A DNA stretch of 64,000 nucleotides from Tubulanus polymorphus (taxonomy: Eukaryota > Animalia > Nemertea): NCBI RefSeq assembly GCF_964204645.1, contig NC_134028.1, forward strand, positions 22,750,345 to 22,814,344, read 5' to 3'. The notes beneath the pieces were generated by a model, which made no database searches, was not told the DNA's origin, and worked only from the letters and a program-made list of their open reading frames with translations. The translations under genes and the position numbers were made by a program. This document shows, piece by piece, positions 40,101 through 52,300 of this stretch; positions within the stretch are counted from its first letter, which is position 1, and the number at the start of each line of letters is the position of its first letter.

Positions 40101-42251
40101 GTCCTTATGGTGCAACGGTTGTAATCGAGCAAGGAGGCAAGGATACGCCAGGTTCAGGCGCAGATCCATGGCCGTATCCTTTGACAGGAGCACAAAGAAA
40201 TGAAAAGGGCAAATATACTGAAAAGGGGCAAGTTAAGTAACCACGCAGCCAAAACAACGTCTGGAAATTTCTGAAATTATTGTGCATTTTCATACACTTT
40301 CTAGGCACTTGAGGGACATTCAAGAGAATATAAGCTGAATATTGTGCTGTGGACCGCTGTTAGCTGTGGGGAAAAGTGCCCTGGAGAATATTGCCATTGT
40401 ATTTCAAAAAGGGCGCGGAAAAATTGGGATTAGTTCGACGAATGATTATCAATTAGTACCGGGTTACAACTGGTTTCGCATCTACTCCAGATTGACGATG
40501 GTTCGTTATTTCAATTCTAGTATGATTACAGAATGTATGGCTCTGGCATAATAAAACAGTGGATGCAGTTGCCACGCGACAAGTATTTAATCTGCATTCT
40601 TCGACTGATGGTGTAGTCGATGCGGGATCAACGGCAACGGTAGATACACTGTTAGTTTTACCTGATAGTTTGTACCCTAACGCGCAATGCTGACGAAATT
40701 TGAGTTTTTTTTGTTGCGTCGATTTCAATCAAGCTTATTGACATCGCCCCATTAAGTTATCGCCCAAACGTGATTACAATTAGTTTATTGCACCACACAA
40801 AAAGAAATAACATTTGCATGGAACACAAAAAAACAGGTTCATACATGATATTCGTATTTACAGAGATTCATTAAAGAAATACAAACATAGTTTGAGGGAT
40901 GATTTCACTTTGTGATTAACCTTTTTGTGAATGATGTCTGTTTATATCAATTCTGATGATTTTTTTCGGAATCAGTTTTGAGCCTGGGGATGTGAATGCA
41001 ATTACGGTAGAACTCACTTAGTTCGGATAACAAGGGACTTCCTAGTTTTTTTCGAATTAAGTAAAATCCGAATTATGAATAATAGTTTACATGGTCGCTG
41101 TTTCGATGAACCAAATATTTCATCCGGATTAAGCGAAAACCGGTATTGAAAAATGCGAATTAAGCTAGTTCTTCTGTATTACTTAGTGCACTCGGTCTGA
41201 ACGGTGCAATGTCGGAGGTAATCCGATTATTGATCCCAATCCGATTTGATAAACAGTTGAATCAGTATTTGATAGCTGCTTAGTAAAAAAAATAATACGT
41301 CCGTTTTGAATGCGCTTCTGTCTGAAGGGAATAAATAGAACGCACGCGCGCGGATACCACCCATGTTGCCCGGGGATACGGACAAACAACGCGGAAAAAA
41401 TATTATGTCGGTATGACAACAGCGAAGCCGTACTATTCAAAGCGGGTTAGAAAGCAATTTCGTAGTGAAACATTACATATTCCGTACGGAAATCTGCACG
41501 CGCGTTTGTGTGCTAAATCTAGGGAGATTCTTAGAAACAAATGATACTACATTTTGTTAATCAAAACCTTCTCTTAATCGGAAATAATTTAATCATTGAT
41601 GTAAATTCAACCTATAACGTAGATATTCTTGTTGTTTTTTTATTCGTTGAAGTGGATGCCAATTAGTCCAAATCTTATGCATGTAATTATACCCGCTCGC
41701 GTAACTGCTCGTTCTAGCGGACCTGGTTGTTTTTAGAATTGATTATACGAATTCCATTGTTTTACGCGAAAGCCGTTGCGTTTTTCGGAATCGAAAACTA
41801 CACTGAGTCGTTATACACGTTTACATTGAAAATTCATTTCTATAACAAACTATATTATGTTTATTCAGGTTCAAGCGTCAGATATATGTAGACTCTGCAG
41901 TAACATTAGCTTTTAATCAATAATTCTTTATATAAGCATGTGTAATTTACATTCTAAGATATCTACGTAATCATAACTGTCCGTGTTGAGGATCGATAAA
42001 GTTCTTTTGAATTTGAATACATCGCCCCATTGAATTGAATTGTATTGACCGGCAACCAGTCTTGAATGATAGTCTATCGAAAATAAGAGTCATAAAATCT
42101 ATTTTAGAAAATAAACGCAAATAATTATTTAGAGACGCCAATTCGGTCAATGTCAGCAGAGTACCGCATTCAGATACAGATTCAGACATCGATGACGTAG
42201 TGCACATCGACTACTCACACCTTGAATAACGCATAGAATTAAGCAATACAT
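28175..42251 (-). CDS. GPI-anchored mesothelin/otoancorin/stereocilin-family protein (~1260 aa, ~28 exons)
   Basis: Phase-consistent GT-AG exons: [42251-42221 tentative], 39931-39875, 39639-39601, 39495-39471, 39178-39119, 39021-38865, 38763-38605, 38517-38324, 37891-37687, 37130-36928, 36828-36705, 36375-36163, 36045-35827, 35666-35520, 35271-35213, 35123-34997, 34279-34152, 33776-33635, 33181-32991, 32655-32553, 32254-32044, 31900-31713, 31330-31163, 30484-30342, 29813-29662, 29292-29195, 29097-28911, 28230-28175. Family-type helical repeats (NLKALGNMV, LGNLFC, KPSSW, CDEIRVL, KTPDLW..TYADMNILVA), RRKR furin site, C-terminal GPI signal SAAVSITGSGFAVFAMLLLGFAVLK*. Confidence 0.82.
28387..28800. 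repeat. minisatellite, 35/39-bp unit, ~12 copies
   Basis: Unit AACCCGCAGAGCGCTAAACTTAGCAGGTTCCCCTC with 4-bp insertion variants; lies in the last intron of the otoancorin-like gene. Confidence 0.97.
31436..31481 (+). ncRNA. minimal type I hammerhead ribozyme motif (Penelope-type), degenerate
   Basis: TATTC-CCGAAGA-stem II (GTCTA..TAGTC)-GAAACGTC-GAATA; stem I TATTC/GAATA; the core has C in place of U4. Confidence 0.5.
31964..32021. repeat. (GTAGAG)n hexamer microsatellite
   Basis: About 9-10 perfect GTAGAG units in an intron; source of the YLYLYL run in the ORF track. Confidence 0.95.
32703..32900. mobile_element. MITE-like insertion
   Basis: Imperfect TIRs CTCTTTTTAGTCGGGCGTAGGTCG / CGACCTATACCGCCTTAAGAG around a GC-rich interior within an AT-rich intron. 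Confidence 0.45.
34563..34866. mobile_element. Penelope-like element remnant with two inverted hammerhead motifs
   Basis: + strand CTGATGA-TGGCCGTTAGTCAACAGAC-GAAACGTT at 34830-34863; - strand TGATGA-TGGCTGGTGTTAGTCAACAGCC-GAAA at 34563-34606. Confidence 0.55.
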
Positions 42252-42713
42252 AAAAGATTATTACGGCGTCGAAAAATGGTGTTTGAAATTCGGGCAAACT
42301 TCCGACAAAGAGGAAGATATATCGTTTTGATGGTTGTTTTTTTAAACGGGTTTTTACGCATATGCCGCTCAATAAAAAGCAACATGAAACAGCGGGCAAT
42401 TGAACGATTTTATGTTCCTGTTGACTTAGCACTTGATATATAAATAAAACAGTTGAGTCTCTCGAGCAATTCTACTCAGAAAACTCGCACCGAAATCACC
42501 ATCAAACACCAAAGTATCAATTAAATCAAACCAACAAGAGCCTTCAAAGAATACCGAATTCCTGTTTTAGATTCACATGCACTGGTAAATACTGGTACAT
42601 CAAAGCCTGACGTACGCAGACGTGGAGGACATGCACGTAAATCTTCTAGGTCTTTGTCGGAGAGAAGATAACGAAATCAACATTTGCATTACGCTACGAA
42701 TTCAATACGATAG

Positions 42714-43031
42714 CTATAGTGGCTGATTTGGGCCACGGCAACATTTTTCGAGTACCAAAACAATGAGAAAACAAATTTCATAAGGAGCACGCAAAAATTA
42801 ACAGAAGAAAGAAATTTAGCCCGCAAAAACAAATAAATTTGTTTTCTCGCGTTGATTTTTGTTTCGGCGACCCCGGCGAAGTTTGTTTTCTCGCCTCGCA
42901 AAAACAGAAATAACGCGAGAAAACAAAATATTTTTGTTTTCTTGCGTCAATATTAGTTTTCTCGTTAGCAAATTAGTTCTTAGTTTTTTCTTGGTCGAAA
43001 AATTTCAGTTTGGCTCGAATCAACCGCCATA
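42714..43031. mobile_element. MITE family A, copy 2
   Basis: TIRs CTATAGTGGCTGATTTGGGCCA / TGGCTCGAATCAACCGCCATAG with the same GCGAGAAAAC internal repeats as 1464-1680. Confidence 0.65.
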
Positions 43032-43077
43032 GTTAGCAGATAAGGTCAATATAGAAAATGCGCCTAGCTCTGTATTA

Positions 43078-43380
43078 TGGCGTTTTTACGAGCATCCGAT
43101 TTTCGCGATCGATTTCGTGAACGATTTGCACCGATCGTGCGACCGAATCGAACGTTCGTAAAAATGGCGATGCATTTGGCTAATCACATGACATAAATAT
43201 GGCGACGTTGAGAAAAATTTGTATCGTCATGAACTACCCGGTGCCGCCATCTTGGAAATCAAATCGCCAAATCGCTCGCCGAGTGAGTTGGTCGATTTCA
43301 AAAATCGATCGGAAAATCGTGTTCGTAAAAACGCCGATCGTGAAATCGATCGCAAAAATCGGATGCTCGTAAAAACGCCA
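43078..43380. mobile_element. PIF/Harbinger (Tourist-like) MITE
   Basis: ~39-bp near-perfect TIRs TGGCGTTTTTACGAGCATCCGATTTTCGCGATCGATTTC / GAAATCGATCGCAAAAATCGGATGCTCGTAAAAACGCCA with a TTA target-site duplication on both sides. Confidence 0.85.
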
Positions 43381-46300
43381 TTAGATTATTCCCACTGTTC
43401 ACATTGTTACTATGGCTTAGAATTGTGCTGAAACGTCGAATGCTCATTCAGCTTTTCCTTCGTATGTTTCGGTTCTTTACTTCCTGCGTATGCAGCGAAC
43501 AGATTTTTCATGACTGCGTGGTCAATTATATTTCAATTCTCTTGGCTGCATTTTTTTTCTTGTCAAATCAGGAATTAATCTAAACAGTGAGCTAGCTACA
43601 TATTATTACCATTTCAATACATTATTGGTCAACTAAGTCACGCGTGAATAAAATCCCAAGACTTTTCTCTGATTTCCAGGTATACGAATGTGTCAAAGAA
43701 CAATAACATTCTTTTTTATATGTATAGTTTGATGTTTGTTCATGACTCGAACTAAGGCATTCACTTTTTATGTATAGTAATAATTACTTTCATATAATCA
43801 TGGGCGGGGTACGTCCATGATTACTAGTTCCTCACATCTGATGCGAATTTGGAGTAATAGACTAACAACGTGGGTGCGGTTCTCGCTGTTTAGTAGAAAA
43901 AATGATACTTAATTACTATATAGTTTCACGATTCCGATTGTGCAAACAAAAAAAATGGTCAATACGAAAATAAAGCATCGTTTTACTCGTAGCCAATACT
44001 AACTAATGTTATAGTGATTAGTTGCAGCATTTTAGATTGTCAAAATCAATTCTACTGACCATATAAACCGACCATATAAACGAAAATACACAGAAACCAG
44101 ACCGTCCAATTTTCCTAGATCCGCCCATGCCCGAATTTGTCAATTGACTTATTTTACCCGTGAAGATCAATCGCTTATACGAAGTGAAATCTTGCATTCC
44201 GCAGTTTTTAGGGGTTAGTTTTCACTTTAAAATTTAATTAACTTCAAAATAGTTCACATCCAGCCACGCCATTTACTTGTCTTAACGGGGGTAAATGGGA
44301 CAGTAGAAAACCACCGACCTGTTTCGGTATACTAGAAACTCTTAACAAAAACCGTTCAAAATCATATTCAAAACTACGGAAGTGCGCAACATGTGACATT
44401 TGCGCACGATACTTACGTAGTTTTTAATATGATTTGCGTTGCAAATAAAGGTCTCTTGATAAGACACGCCTTACATGGAACGTATCGCGGATACATAAAA
44501 ATATCTCACATCGTGGTTCGTCGAGTATTGCCAACGCGTTTCGATTAGCGTCTAGTCTAATGATGATATAGTCGGGTGTGGTCAGAACTCTGAATCATCG
44601 GTGCGAACAAATCGCTCATCAACAGCAACCCGCCCGACGGCTAGACACCTGGTTTCCAGGATAAAAAGAAGTACTTTTTCGGCAATTTTAGACCCAAAAG
44701 GAGGGACTTGTGGACTCTGAAAGAAATACTTTCCAGTAAAATGAGGGCCCATAAGGAAGCATTTTTGCAATGCCTTGGCCCGAATACTCGTCATGTAGAC
44801 CAATCATACATGTGAGGGAAATTCCATAACACTTTCCTGTATATTCAATCTTACTGACAATTGAATACCAGTTCTGAGTAAGAAAATACTTCGACAGTCG
44901 AATTCGTAACAAAATTGCGCACAAAAAGTACATAAAAATCAAATTTGGAAGGACTTTTTTACCAAGAGGAAGGACTTTAAATCAAAAAGAAGGACAAAGA
45001 AGGACTTGGAAGGACCGCTGGAAACCCTGACTTCATCGGTTCCGTTGTCGCAAAACCTTGGATGAAATTTTGATAACAGAAATAGCAGATTAGTAGATTT
45101 GAAAATGAATTTTTCTCTGGACTAAAATAGAACTACGAAACCAAAAGTCTCGATACCATCTGCAGAGAATATCGCGCCGATTCCAAAATTCGTTTAAACT
45201 AATTCAATACTAATTGGTTATTCAATTTCTTCCTTTTTAATCGCATTTTTAAATCTTTTTGAAGACATCGAGATCAAAAAGTCTTGATACCATCTGGTTC
45301 GAATATCAGTTTTTATTCGGTGTTGAACGGCGGCAAATCGATAACCGTTCGATAATGTGGTTAGAATTCTATACTAATTCGATAATGAAAGTCATTCATT
45401 TATACACGCCTAGATATATCGACTTAAAATCGATCACGAGATTGTTGTTATATTATGCGCAAGAATTTCATAAGCCTTAAGGCGTCAGCTTGTTGGTTAA
45501 TTATAAACCCCCATCCATTAGCTGTAAATTAAACGACAAATTCGAAGGAAAGTTTTCAGCTTTGTTGTACACAACGCAAATAGTTCTTAATGTACCTACA
45601 ATTATATCAGTTGATCATAGAATGAATTCAAAGAAATATTTTACGTATCTACATTAATATACAGTTTAAAGTGGTTTTATGAATGGAACTTCTCACCGTG
45701 TCGGTCATGTATTTTTAAAAAACTCGTTCACTTTTCATTTGAACTCTCGACAAATCTATAAACACAAAGTATGGGGTCCAAGAGAAATACTCAAAATATA
45801 ACGCTTGTATTGTGTTCTAGTCAGGTTTTGACCTATCGACCGTGATTTCCCAGTAAATAACATTGTTTATATAGATAATCTCCCAACTAGTAAACGAGAA
45901 ACATGAAGTCCGGTTTCGTGTAAGCAAATAATTCATTCATTCGACGTTTCAACCTAAAAGTCATAGTCATCTTAACCTAGTAGTCATCTTCATATATACT
46001 GATATTCCAAGAACAAAGAGACAAATGAAATAATTAAGGGTTGAATTGGTAGTTAACTCAGAAGAGTTTGGGGGTACGTAACTCCGCCTCAAAAAAGGAT
46101 TATTCGGTCACGTGCACTTACAAAATATCACGAGCACTACGAACGTCATAGTCTATTTTCAATTAACCGCATTTTTTGAAACGTTACCATTATGAAACCT
46201 AAACAAATGTTTACCATTCAGCGTCATTTTACAAACGACAACGGTAAATCAATGTGCAAAACGTCACAGGTCCATGTGTACACATACAAGCTATTTGGCA

Positions 46301-49300
46301 AAATATTATTGACAAAGATGTACAAAGGCTTCCTGTGATTATATGATGAGCTCTATTTGAACGTCGAAATGTTATATTGCATTGAATATCATTAGAAGAC
46401 GTATTGTAATAGTAAAGGACGTATGATTATATCGGAAGCGGCAGGCATAAATAGAAATGATAAGTAAATCGGATTATTCGGTCAAAATGGCGGATGTATA
46501 CACGATTTGGAAGTCTGATATAATATGGCATGCGTATTAGGTGACAATTCAATTCTTTATTGATCCTTATTACATTTAAAATTTCCAAATTCAATAAAGT
46601 AACACATTTCAAAATAAGAAAATACAACATACAAGACACATGCGTAATTCATACAGAATAACATAAACAAGTTATTTTAATTGACAATGTCTACTTCAAC
46701 CCAGACTCAAGAGGATACCGAGTGACAGCCACAAACCGGCGGCGGGGCCGGCTGGGTAGGCCACACGATATACTCCAAATCAAGTTATCAATTATTGACA
46801 ATTTTCAATAAAAAAATCAAAAAACTACTGAGTCGAAGACCTCTGTATCATCTACCCAATCGCCAAATCTGATAACTCCCCAAATTCCTTAAAACTTCGA
46901 TGCAATTCCACTTAGCTTATCCAAAAAATTCTACGAGACCTTTTGCGCAGGCGTCAAATAATTTATTACAATTAATTTTCTTGTTTAATATTTCGTTAAC
47001 GCCCTAGGTTTTATGGTCTGGGATAGCACACTCAAACTCAATGCAGTACGAAACGGTGTCAACCGCAAAATGGATGATGCATTTTTTCATTTCAAAGCTA
47101 ATTCAATTCGTTCTTGAGAACGCGTTTCACTTTGAATTACAGCTAATTTGACAGCTGAATGCCTTGAACTTTTCTGCATTTAAGAGACTCTCGAAAATCG
47201 CTTGAGGTTTGTGAGTCGCTTGGATGCAAAATCAAATCCGCCATTCTCATTTTTGCGATACGTTATATAGTGGTTTAAGCCCGCAACGCACAGGACGTGA
47301 TGAAACATGGAAACATGGTTTTCCCTGCGTCCAATTTGTAGGTTAACGATGTTGATGATCTTTAATGGCATCTATGATAAGATCAGCGCCTATAATTTTT
47401 GTAAAAAGGTAAATGAGTGAATAAAACAGTATCTAATGTGTCGGGTTTAATCAAGATGTCCGGTTTTTGTTTTTATCGATAATTGCTATATGAAATTGAC
47501 CTCAACCTGATTCGTACGATTTGGTAACAGCCTGTATCTGGTCCTAATTAAATATACATGTAATCTGAACACGAGCGAAATCCCTAACATCACGATTATG
47601 AATGCAGCGTCGCAGAAAACACACGGCTACACCCGGGATTCATTATATCATTCGGGAACGAAATAATCGAAATCAATTCATCAATTACAAATAAGGATGA
47701 AGCGCGCATTTTAGGACCGTGACATCGTTTATCCCGCCCCAATGTCATCACGCCCTGCCACTGGTCCCAGTGGGTTACACAATAATTGATATTATTGATA
47801 ATATACATATTTTATAGACATTTATATAGGAACAGCCATGTTTCATGTTTTGGGTCGTTCAGTTTATTTGAATATTAATATAATAGAGTTAAATAAGCGC
47901 CTCCAAGCTGCTCTGTGGCTCGGTAATATTTATTCAACCCTGAATGAAAATGTGTCGTTTTAATTTTGCAAACATGTTTTCGCTTTGATTTGTTCCGAAA
48001 TCGCCAGATACCTATTTAAAATCATCTCATTAAAAGATAATTCACAGGATAATTCTTTTGAAAATGGAATTTCGAGTAACCAGAAATTATTCATTTACCT
48101 GCTACGAAAAGGATAAGCAGCCACCAGTACGTTGTTGTAGCCATGGTATATCCTTTATTGTGTCGCAGATGTGAAATATGCGACTATAGTGAGTACACAG
48201 CGATGACTAAGGTGCGTGCTTCGCGTCAGCACACCGCGTCGGTCGGTATAGCTCGATCCAAGGGCTTTCACCTATACCTGACTCACGGGGATGCAACGTT
48301 ACCATGACAATGTTTAAACTCGATGCCTTGTCGATACAACACTGTAGATGCATTCGTTTCACTATCATCTCCCCGGCCAAGGGGGAATGTAACGGGAGCT
48401 CCGGGCATGTGCCCCACCCCAAAATGTCAGGAAAAAATTCTGGACCACCTTTTTAGCGCATTGTGTCTTAAAATATTTTTTTGTTCTCATTGGAAAAACA
48501 CGATTTCTCGTGTAGGATTCAGGGCTCTACAATTATATATTTAGTGAACGGAGAGTGGCGAATCCAAATCTACAGGAAGAATGATGTATCCGTTTTTTCT
48601 CTATTAGGGCCATTGTAAATAGGTTGTTCAAAAACAAATCCGGTTCTTAATTAACCATTTCAGGTTTTGCAAATTGATCTTCTGTAGCATGAACGCATTT
48701 AAGGATCACAACTTCAAAGATGCATCTAGTGGCCGCTTCAATTCAAAACGTCCTCCTAGAAAAGATTCCCAGAGAACCCTCGTTGTTCTGACTATCATGG
48801 GTCATTTAGTACTATCCCTAAGTGAAGGATCCGCCTCTGCCAGCCCAGTTTTAGGATGGGCATCTAAATCCGTCAAGGGTTTCGAACCTAAGTCCCCCGA
48901 ACTGTGGAAGCGAGTTCGTGGAGCGATACCAGACCCGCCCTGGCAAGCGAGGAAAGGGTGGGGTTGCTTGTCACCCGGGGCAAAAATAGGTTAAGAATGT
49001 GATTTTAGGATAGATCACTAGGGCAGTGACGGGCGATAATCGAAAGGTATTAAAAATTTCTTTTGATTTCTTATTCCGGCCCACTGCTCTTGTCTGGAGC
49101 TCGCAACAGCGACAATGAACCCCACACTAAAAACGTATTTTCTTCCCCTTTATGCACGTAATTAAATTTCATCAAATTGTACTTGTTAGAAAAAAACTGT
49201 AAATTTAACCGGTTTAAACTTAGACTGGTTGCCTGCCTGTTGAATTTCAACTATCACCGGCAACCTGTCTATGTCGAATGGATGGATGAAGCAAGTGATT

Positions 49301-49340
49301 GGTGGTTCATTCAAGCTCAAACCAGCCACATGATCACAAA

Positions 49341-52300
49341 ATGGCGGCGCCCATAAAAGTGAATTTTTTTGCCACGAATTTTGTAATATTTGTTGTCTTA
49401 AGTGGAATATTACTTTCAGCAGGTAAATAGGCCCTAATTATTTGATCGATGGGTGTAATGATAAATTGTGGTATTGTGCAGTTGTAGGGTTTTGAATAGA
49501 GCCTGGGACAGGGTTTATTCACCACCCCAACACTAACTAACGATGTCGATTGTCTAATGTCTATTTCAACCTGACTTGAGAGCATTCCGGGTGGCCTAGC
49601 TCAGTCAGTTTTGGTAGTACATACCTGATAAAGGTCTTAATAGGACCAGAAAGGACTGGCATTCGACCTAAATCATCATTTTTTAATCCATTTGAAACTG
49701 TATTGAAGGATATCCAAAAAGTCTTCACTGAAAGGGGTTAAATTAAAGAAATAGACTCCATGATTTGAAAGTTAAAATGGTTTGAAACATATTGTTAAAC
49801 TTTCAAATCATGGAGTCAATTCTCTTCATTCAACCCCTTTCAATGAAGACTTTTTGCATATCCTTCAATACAGTTTGAAATGGATTTAAAAATGATGATT
49901 TAGGTCGACTGCCTGTCCTTTCTGGTCCTATTAAGACCTTTATCAGGTATGAACTATCAAAAATGAGCAAGCTAGGCCACCCGGAATGCTCTCAAGTCAG
50001 GTTGAAATAGACATTAATAAGAATATATTCTTTTTTATATAAGCTTACGTCAGATACTTGTATCATCCATCCACAGCAATCGTGACAAGCCCCTGTGCTG
50101 TGGGTTCAATGCGGGGAATTGAAAATAAACAGAAAAGTATTGTGGGACACAAAATCGAGTCTTTCATGAATGGTTAACTAATTCTTCTTTCTTCGTGTTG
50201 GTCTGTTTCAGTTTACAGCTCAGAAGTCACCATGAAGATCATAGATGGACAGTCAGTTCATGGGTAAACGCTTCTTCAAATATCATGCACGGCGCCTATC
50301 CTATTGTCTGAATACCAAAAGATCATTTAGGTCACCCATTTCGCTAAGAACAGGCTAATAGGCAGACTACTAATGATAATAATAATAATAATAATTTTCT
50401 TTTACATAGCGCAGCTCACTGTGCTTTACAATGATCACAATATAAAAAGATTAAAACCCACCAAATACAGATTAAAAGAATTTAAAATCAAGAATTTAGG
50501 TGTGACACCTGACAATGATCTCTAGAGTGAGAACGAAACGTCGTGTTGATTATATATTTTAGATTGTTCGAATGAATAAATTCTTGATTTTAAATTCTTT
50601 TAAACTGTATCAGTAAATAGTGGGTTTTAATCTTTTTATCCGTTCACCACGTTTGAGTGTGGTTATCGTACTATTACAATATAATTAAGACAGTACAGAA
50701 ATATTGGAACAGTTTGAACAAAATGGCACAATTTATAATGAGATCAAGGGAAATAAGTGCGTTTAAAAAGATATGGTTAAAGATTTGATTTGAAATATTT
50801 GAGTGTGAGACTAGATTGAACATCAGTTTTAATCGAACGGCCCTTTTTTGTCAAATTCATTTTTTCTCTGCAGAATACAAAACTTCAATCAGATGCCCGA
50901 CATGGCTTCTCAAGCTCCCGCGCTAAGAATGAGAATAAAACCAGCAAATTTCAGCGGCCCTCTTCACCTAAAACGCCTTCAAGGGAAGTGTTTCAGTAAA
51001 ATTGAACAAGAGTAAGTAACTACCTACCTATCGCACTCATTTTCATAAACTATGGAACCTTCCAATGCCACTGCAGCAATAGAGGATTCTACTTTTCAAT
51101 GTGGTAAATGACGATCCACCAGGTTTGTTAGTAACTCAGTCTTCTGCGTTCAATTTCTTCATCAATTGAAATTGTATAAACATTCTCTTATATCAATTAT
51201 CAATGAAAACTATACCAAATACTGGTTTAAAAATGCCGTATATTGGGATAGTTGTGGTGTTGCAGTTTTCCATTGATAAACAACTGACATCTGATATGTT
51301 GTTGATATGTTTTCAGTTATAAGTACGAATTTTGTCCGTTCAGTAACGTTACGCAACACGAACAAAGTTTACGCTGGAATCCTTACAGCGGCATACTCGG
51401 GTACGTGACAGAAAGTTAATCAGAAAATCTACTGAAACTTGTGTAATCCCAATTTTGAAAACCAGGATCTTATAACCACGACATTGAGAATGATGCCCTT
51501 GGTCCAGCTTCGCTTTAGAAATTTTGGACTCAATACTATTTGTTATTTTGTAGTGTTTGGCAAGAATGGGAGATCGATGACAACAAATTTGTTGCTATGA
51601 AAATGTTGGAGGGTGATGCATGCGGTTTGGTTCATCGGTCTGTCAGGGTGAGTTATGTACAACAAATAACCTGTGAAGCATCCGGACAAATTGGGACGAC
51701 TGAATTCCGAATTTCATTGTAGTTAAAAGAAGCCTAGGATTAGATGTAAAATGATGCTGCTTTTTTAACTTTCCGAATGAAATTGAATTTCTTTTATAAG
51801 AAAACGCTTAAAATGTTTTGGAAACAGGAGCCAATTGTTCGGATATGATACATATTCACCTTCTTGTGAGATGAATCATATTATACCAAACAATAGACTT
51901 CGTACCTTTGGGAGACGATCTTTCACATTTCTTGCTCCCACCCTTTGGAATGCTCTCTACCCAAAAACATTAATCAAAATTCAAATTCATTTATTCATCA
52001 TAAATCAAGAGTACATGATTTGGAAAAATTCCTGAACTCGATTTGGAAAAATTCAAAATACCGGGTACTAAAACATACCTACTAACTGGATTACTGTAAA
52101 GCGCCTTTGAACATTGAATCAGTGAAATTGGCGCTATATAAATAGCATTTCATCATCACGTAATAATGCTTAAAATTGCGTACGCAGGAAGTTGAAAATC
52201 TTTTGGATCCATAGGTCAACATCTCGTGTTCATCGTTCGTTTTCATGATTCTAGGTTTTGTTTGTGTGCGCGGAGAAGAACGTCCTGGCAAAAGTGACGG

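Noticed and set aside
40105-41440. Short - strand ORFs as extra N-terminal exons of the otoancorin-like gene
   Set aside because: No phase-compatible splice pairs keep the frame open, and the signal peptide is already complete with exons 42251-42221 and 39931-39875
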